Source of the DNA: Octopus bimaculoides
Taxonomy: Eukaryota
Length of the DNA: 39,566 bases
Reading direction: 5' to 3'
Assembly: GCF_001194135.2 (NCBI RefSeq)
Contig: NC_068985.1
Span: forward strand, 53,469,185 to 53,508,750
Shown: piece by piece, positions 34,536 through 39,566 of the stretch
Numbering within the stretch: the first letter of the stretch is position 1
How the letters are laid out: every line of letters begins with the position of its first letter
The notes under the pieces: model-generated
The model's input: only the letters and a program-made list of their open reading frames with translations
The model's database searches: none
What the model was told of the DNA's origin: nothing
Made by a program: the position numbers and the translations under genes

Positions 34536-35062
34536 NNNNNNNNNNNNNNNNNNNNNNNNNNNNNNNNNNNNNNNNNNNNNNNNNNNNNNNNNNNNNNNNN
34601 NNNNNNNNNNNNNNNNNNNNNNNNNNNNNNNNNNNNNNNNNNNNNNNNNNNNNNNNNNNNNNNNNNNNNNNNNNNNNNNNNNNNNNNNNNNNNNNNNNNN
34701 NNNNNNNNNNNNNNNNNNNNNNNNNNNNNNNNNNNNNNNNNNNNNNNNNNNNNNNNNNNNNNNNNNNNNNNNNNNNNNNNNNNNNNNNNNNNNNNNNNNN
34801 NNNNNNNNNNNNNNNNNNNNNNNNNNNNNNNNNNNNNNNNNNNNNNNNNNNNNNNNNNNNNNNNNNNNNNNNNNNNNNNNNNNNNNNNNNNNNNNNNNNN
34901 NNNNNNNNNNNNNNNNNNNNNNNNNNNNNNNNNNNNNNNNNNNNNNNNNNNNNNNNNNNNNNNNNNNNNNNNNNNNNNNNNNNNNNNNNNNNNNNNNNNN
35001 NNNNNNNNNNNNNNNNNNNNNNNNNNNNNNNNNNNNNNNNNNNNNNNNNNNNNNNNNNNNNN
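34536..35062. other. Largest assembly gap (others: 14589-14789, 15171-15180, 25744-25753, 26949-27055, 35411-35420)
   Basis: Runs of N. The missing first ACCS exon could lie in this gap. Confidence 0.99.
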
Positions 35063-35104
<42 letters not shown>

Positions 35105-35271
35105 TTAAACTCATCTAAAATGCCTTTATTATATATGTGTATATGCATATACGTATGTACGGATATATATACATACTTATATTTACATGTATGTGTGTAT
35201 AGTATATATATGGAGTGCGTAAATAATATTATATATAATATATGTATCATATATACATATATATAAATAAC

Positions 35272-35303
<32 letters not shown>

Positions 35304-35511
35304 TCCAGCAGTCAAATGACTGAAACAAGTAAAGAAATAAAAGAATAAAAGAATGTCTGTGTATATATGTTATACATATGTATGCATACCTACAAACATA
35401 CATATATACANNNNNNNNNNTGTTATACATATGTATGCATACCTACAAACATACATATATACATGCATCCATACATGGATATATTCATACATACATACAT
35501 ACATACATACA

Positions 35512-35542
<31 letters not shown>

Positions 35543-36098
35543 GTACTTTCTATCTAATACAGATTAAAAATCGCTGCAAGCTGTGTCGTTAAAGCACCGG
35601 ACAACCGGTTGAATAGGTCGATTGTTTGCATCCTGTAACTGGAAGGTTAGTATATTTTAAAACAAAAACACTAAATTTTATGCCGGTTCAGTTTACATAA
35701 ATGCTAATTGGTACCATGGTCGCTTGATCTGCTAAAACAGTAGCGAACTCTCCCTCAAGTCATACCCTGCTATCTTGAAAGTGATATACCATATTGATAA
35801 TAAAATCGAAGCTACACAATGGCAGGATGGTTATGGTTGGAGCAACTTTGATCAAAGACGAACTGAAATTAAGTTTGACCAACAACAAGAACAATATAAG
35901 AACAATATGTGCATAACGTTAGACAATGTCATATGCAATCGATCATTGCACGTTAGGAAATGCAGCATGGTCCTAAACCACAGCTCAATATTGCATATTC
36001 TGAGTTACTGATCTGTGGATAACATATCGTTGTTCAGGCCGTTGTTTCTTAGCTTAATCAAAGTAGCCCTAAAGCTACACAACATAAATGACTACTAT

Positions 36099-36158
<60 letters not shown>

Positions 36159-36257
36159 GTAGTTATTACTGACCGGAGGTACGTGCACTTTACGATTTAT
36201 TGTCCATGCTTTTCTATCTTTATTTCTCACTCATTCACTCACTCACTTACTCACTCA

Positions 36258-36289
<32 letters not shown>

Positions 36290-36293
<4 letters not shown>

Positions 36294-36546
36294 CTCTCTT
36301 TACTCTCTTTTACTTGTTTCAGTCATTTGACTGCGGCCATGCTGGAGCACCACCTCTAGTCGAGCAAATCGACCCCAGGACTTATTCTTTGTAAGCCTAG
36401 TACTTATTCTATCGGTCTGTTTTGCCAAACCGCTAAGTGACGGGGACATAAACACACCAACATCGGTTGTCAAGCAATGCTAGGGGGACAAACACAGACA
36501 CACAAACACATACACACACATATATACATATACGACGGGCTTCTTT
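36290..36546 (-). mobile_element. Well-preserved 5'-truncated SINE family C (another 3'-end-only copy on + at ~35297-35352)
   Basis: ttttacttgtttcagtcatttgactgcggccatgctggagcacc...gacgggcttcttt. Confidence 0.85.
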
Positions 36547-36799
36547 ATATATATATAAATGTTATTTTTATTTTCTCATAATTTTTATTATTGTTGTCCA
36601 AGGCGGCGAGCTGAGAACGGATTATTATCTATTGAGGGTCAAACGTTGTTGATTTTAAAATTTTGTTGGTCTTGTTTACACGCAAAACCCTCACAACAAC
36701 ACACACTCACGCACATACACACACACATTCTTTGTTTGTCCCGTACTGTCCATGTTTTTCTTTTTCATGTAAAACCTTGTGGTTAATAAAGAAACAATT

Positions 36800-37201
<402 letters not shown>

Positions 37202-37282
37202 GAGTGAGAGAGCAGTGCGTGCTATCAAAGTGACGCTGGGGTAAAATATACGAAGTCCAGTATACCCATCATAACTACCCGT
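37202..37282 (-). mobile_element. 3' tip of an unidentified (AAT)n-tailed retroelement
   Basis: On the minus strand it ends gcacgcactgctctctcactc-(AAT)n; no coding similarity seen. Confidence 0.35.
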
Positions 37283-39461
37283 CCAGCAACTGGAAAACTC
37301 CAAGTATGGACAAGGTCCCCAATTTCTGGTTGAAACACCTCACCAGTACTCATAACCACTTAGCGGCAGCATTCAAGTTATTGATAAGTGAGCCAGATAT
37401 CAACACCAAACTCGATGCTGGAAGGACAAACCACTTTAATTCCCAAAAACAAATACACCGTACACCCACAAAATTACAGACCAGTAACATGCCTATCAAC
37501 ATCCTACAAAACTAACATCAGTCATCTATAACCAGCTTATAAAATACCTGGAAAACAACAATGTTTTTCCAGAAGAACAAAAAGGGTGACGGACAGGGAT
37601 GTATGGCTGTAAGGAGCAACTTCTGATAAACCGAGTCATTATAGAGGAGTGTACGACGAGAAAGAAAAACTTGAATATGACTTCGATTGGTTACCGGAAA
37701 GCATTCAACAGTGTTTCACACTCAAGGATACTGGAATCTCTCCACACGAATAAGGTAGCCCTACCACTACTAATATATATTAAACATGCAATGGCAAACT
37801 GGAAAACCAGTATAACATTAAAAAATGACTCACAGATGATTAGAACCTACTCTATTCCCATAAGAAGGAAGACTCACTGTTAACCCTACTTTTCTGTCAT
37901 TGTTTAAACCCGCTAACAAACTTGTTAAACGAAACCCACATGGGTTATAGGTGCTATGGATAAACAATAAACTATCTCCTGTACATGGATGACCTAAAAC
38001 TTTTCGCTAAAAGCACCGTGGAACAGAGAGACCTTATGAAAATTGACCATAGTTTCAGCAAGGACACCTGAATGAGCTTGGGGCTGGACAAATGTGCCAG
38101 AGTTACACTGAGAAGAGACAGACTATATCTACCCCGCTCAGAAGGTGGCCGTGGTCTGATACAAATAGAGAACTATTATAAAATAGCAACAGTTGGGCTA
38201 GGAAGTACTCAGAAACAAAGAGTGGAAGACTACTGCATGTAATAAAGCAACAAGAGATTTTTCTCTATACACAAAGAAGCGACAAAATGCAAAACAGAAA
38301 CAAACTACACTGATACACTGATCTCAGATGACAACATAGAAATGGTCAAAGAGGCAAAAAAAATAACGTGAAAACAGAATTACAAAAGATATTGAAGAAG
38401 AAACGGAGAGAAAAGTCACTCCATGGCCAACACTCTGCAAAGCTTAACAGAGAGGAATTTGCTTTTACTTAGCAAATTCCTCAAAGGTTCTGGCCAAAAA
38501 TTTGAAACGGAAGGACTGATTCTCGCTGCACAAGACCAATACTTGACTACAAAAAATTATAAAAGCAAAATAATGAAAACAGTTCCTAACACCAAATGCA
38601 AAATGTGCAAACCAGTACAATGTGTCAGTTGAACACATAATTTCGGACAAATCTGAATATATATACAGACACAACTGAGTAAGTAGTTATATCCACTGGA
38701 CAATATGCCAACATTACAACATTAAAGCTGACAATACCTGGTATAAACGTGTGCCAAATAAGGTACAAGACAACGACCAGACCATAATTATCTGGGATAT
38801 GTCTGTTCAAATTGACAAACATATAAAGGCTAATCGCCTAAGCATAATAATCAAGGATTGGAAAAAAACACTTGCTTACTGATAGACATTACAGTCCCCG
38901 CTGATCAAAATATTGTCCAAATGGAAATGAAGAAATTATCAAAGTACAAAGACCTTGAAATTGAAGTATTCAAGATATGGGATATGAATGTGAAAACAAT
39001 GCCATTAATAGCTGGAGCATTGGGCATGATAAAAAACATATGAACAAAAGCGTAGAAGTTATACCTGGATCCTCAACACTACATACTATCCAAAAAAAAT
39101 AGCCCTGCTAGGAACAGTCCACGTCATACGAAATTCAATTCAATAATACAACCTAAATAAAACAACCCACAAACACAAGACAACACTATACAGCAATTAC
39201 CCAGTGAAATAAACTTCCACCAGCAAACTAGATAACCAACGCATTACATACTCAACACACAATACAAGCAGTAGTTCAACAAAAGACTGCACCAAACGTC
39301 AAGAGAAAAAAAAAACTAACACAAAACAATACTGGGAATAGTTTGCACACTCTCAAAACAACAGAAAAGAACACACAATGCTACACACACCCCGGTAATG
39401 CGGAGGTGTAGCAGGTGATGCAGTAGAAATTTGTCTCAAACTACCAAATGTTGAACAATTA

Positions 39462-39537
<76 letters not shown>
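37283..39537 (+). mobile_element. R4/Dong-type LINE, 5'-truncated, decayed RT + zinc knuckle + RLE, 3' UTR and (AAT)n tail
   Basis: NWKTPSMDKVPNFWLKHL, YGCKEQLLINR, YRKAFNSVSHS, YMDD at 37982-37993, LGLDKCA, YLPRSEGGRGLIQIE, LHGQ, ETEGLILAAQDQ, CKMC, IWDMSVQID, LIDITVP..KYKDL, GALG. Tail at ~39463-39537. Confidence 0.92.
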
Positions 39538-39541
<4 letters not shown>

Positions 39542-39566
39542 GACTTACCTGAGGCAAAAGAAAAAC

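Overview
AT-rich, repeat-dense eukaryotic DNA with six N gaps. The SINE and microsatellite content looks like an Octopus (coleoid cephalopod) draft genome; this is inferred, not proven. The window lies inside one minus-strand host gene, an ACC-synthase-like PLP-dependent aminotransferase (ACCS-like). I traced 12 coding exons with GT-AG boundaries (29274 down to 1, 1147 bp). All 11 junctions between them are phase-compatible, and the NPxNPxG, DEIY and SKD(PLP-Lys)xxSGFR motifs are intact. The start codon and the C-terminus were not found in the window. The introns contain: one full-length decayed Tc1 element (27-bp TIRs, TA TSD); a second DNA-transposase remnant; three R4/Dong-type LINE fragments next to (TAA)n tracts; RTE and CRE LINE remnants; roughly 40 tRNA-derived SINE copies or fragments from about 5 families; and a ~1.5-kb inverted Penelope-like element. 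The Penelope arms each carry a tRNA-like Pol III module followed by a minimal hammerhead ribozyme motif, which is the most interesting signal. Other oddities: a ~295-bp zero-loop foldback, nested palindromes, SINE arrays chained by repeated target sites, an in-frame R4/RTE chimera, a candidate 24-nt poison microexon, and an AG|GTAAGT site at the window edge. No rRNA, genuine tRNA gene or CRISPR array is supported.
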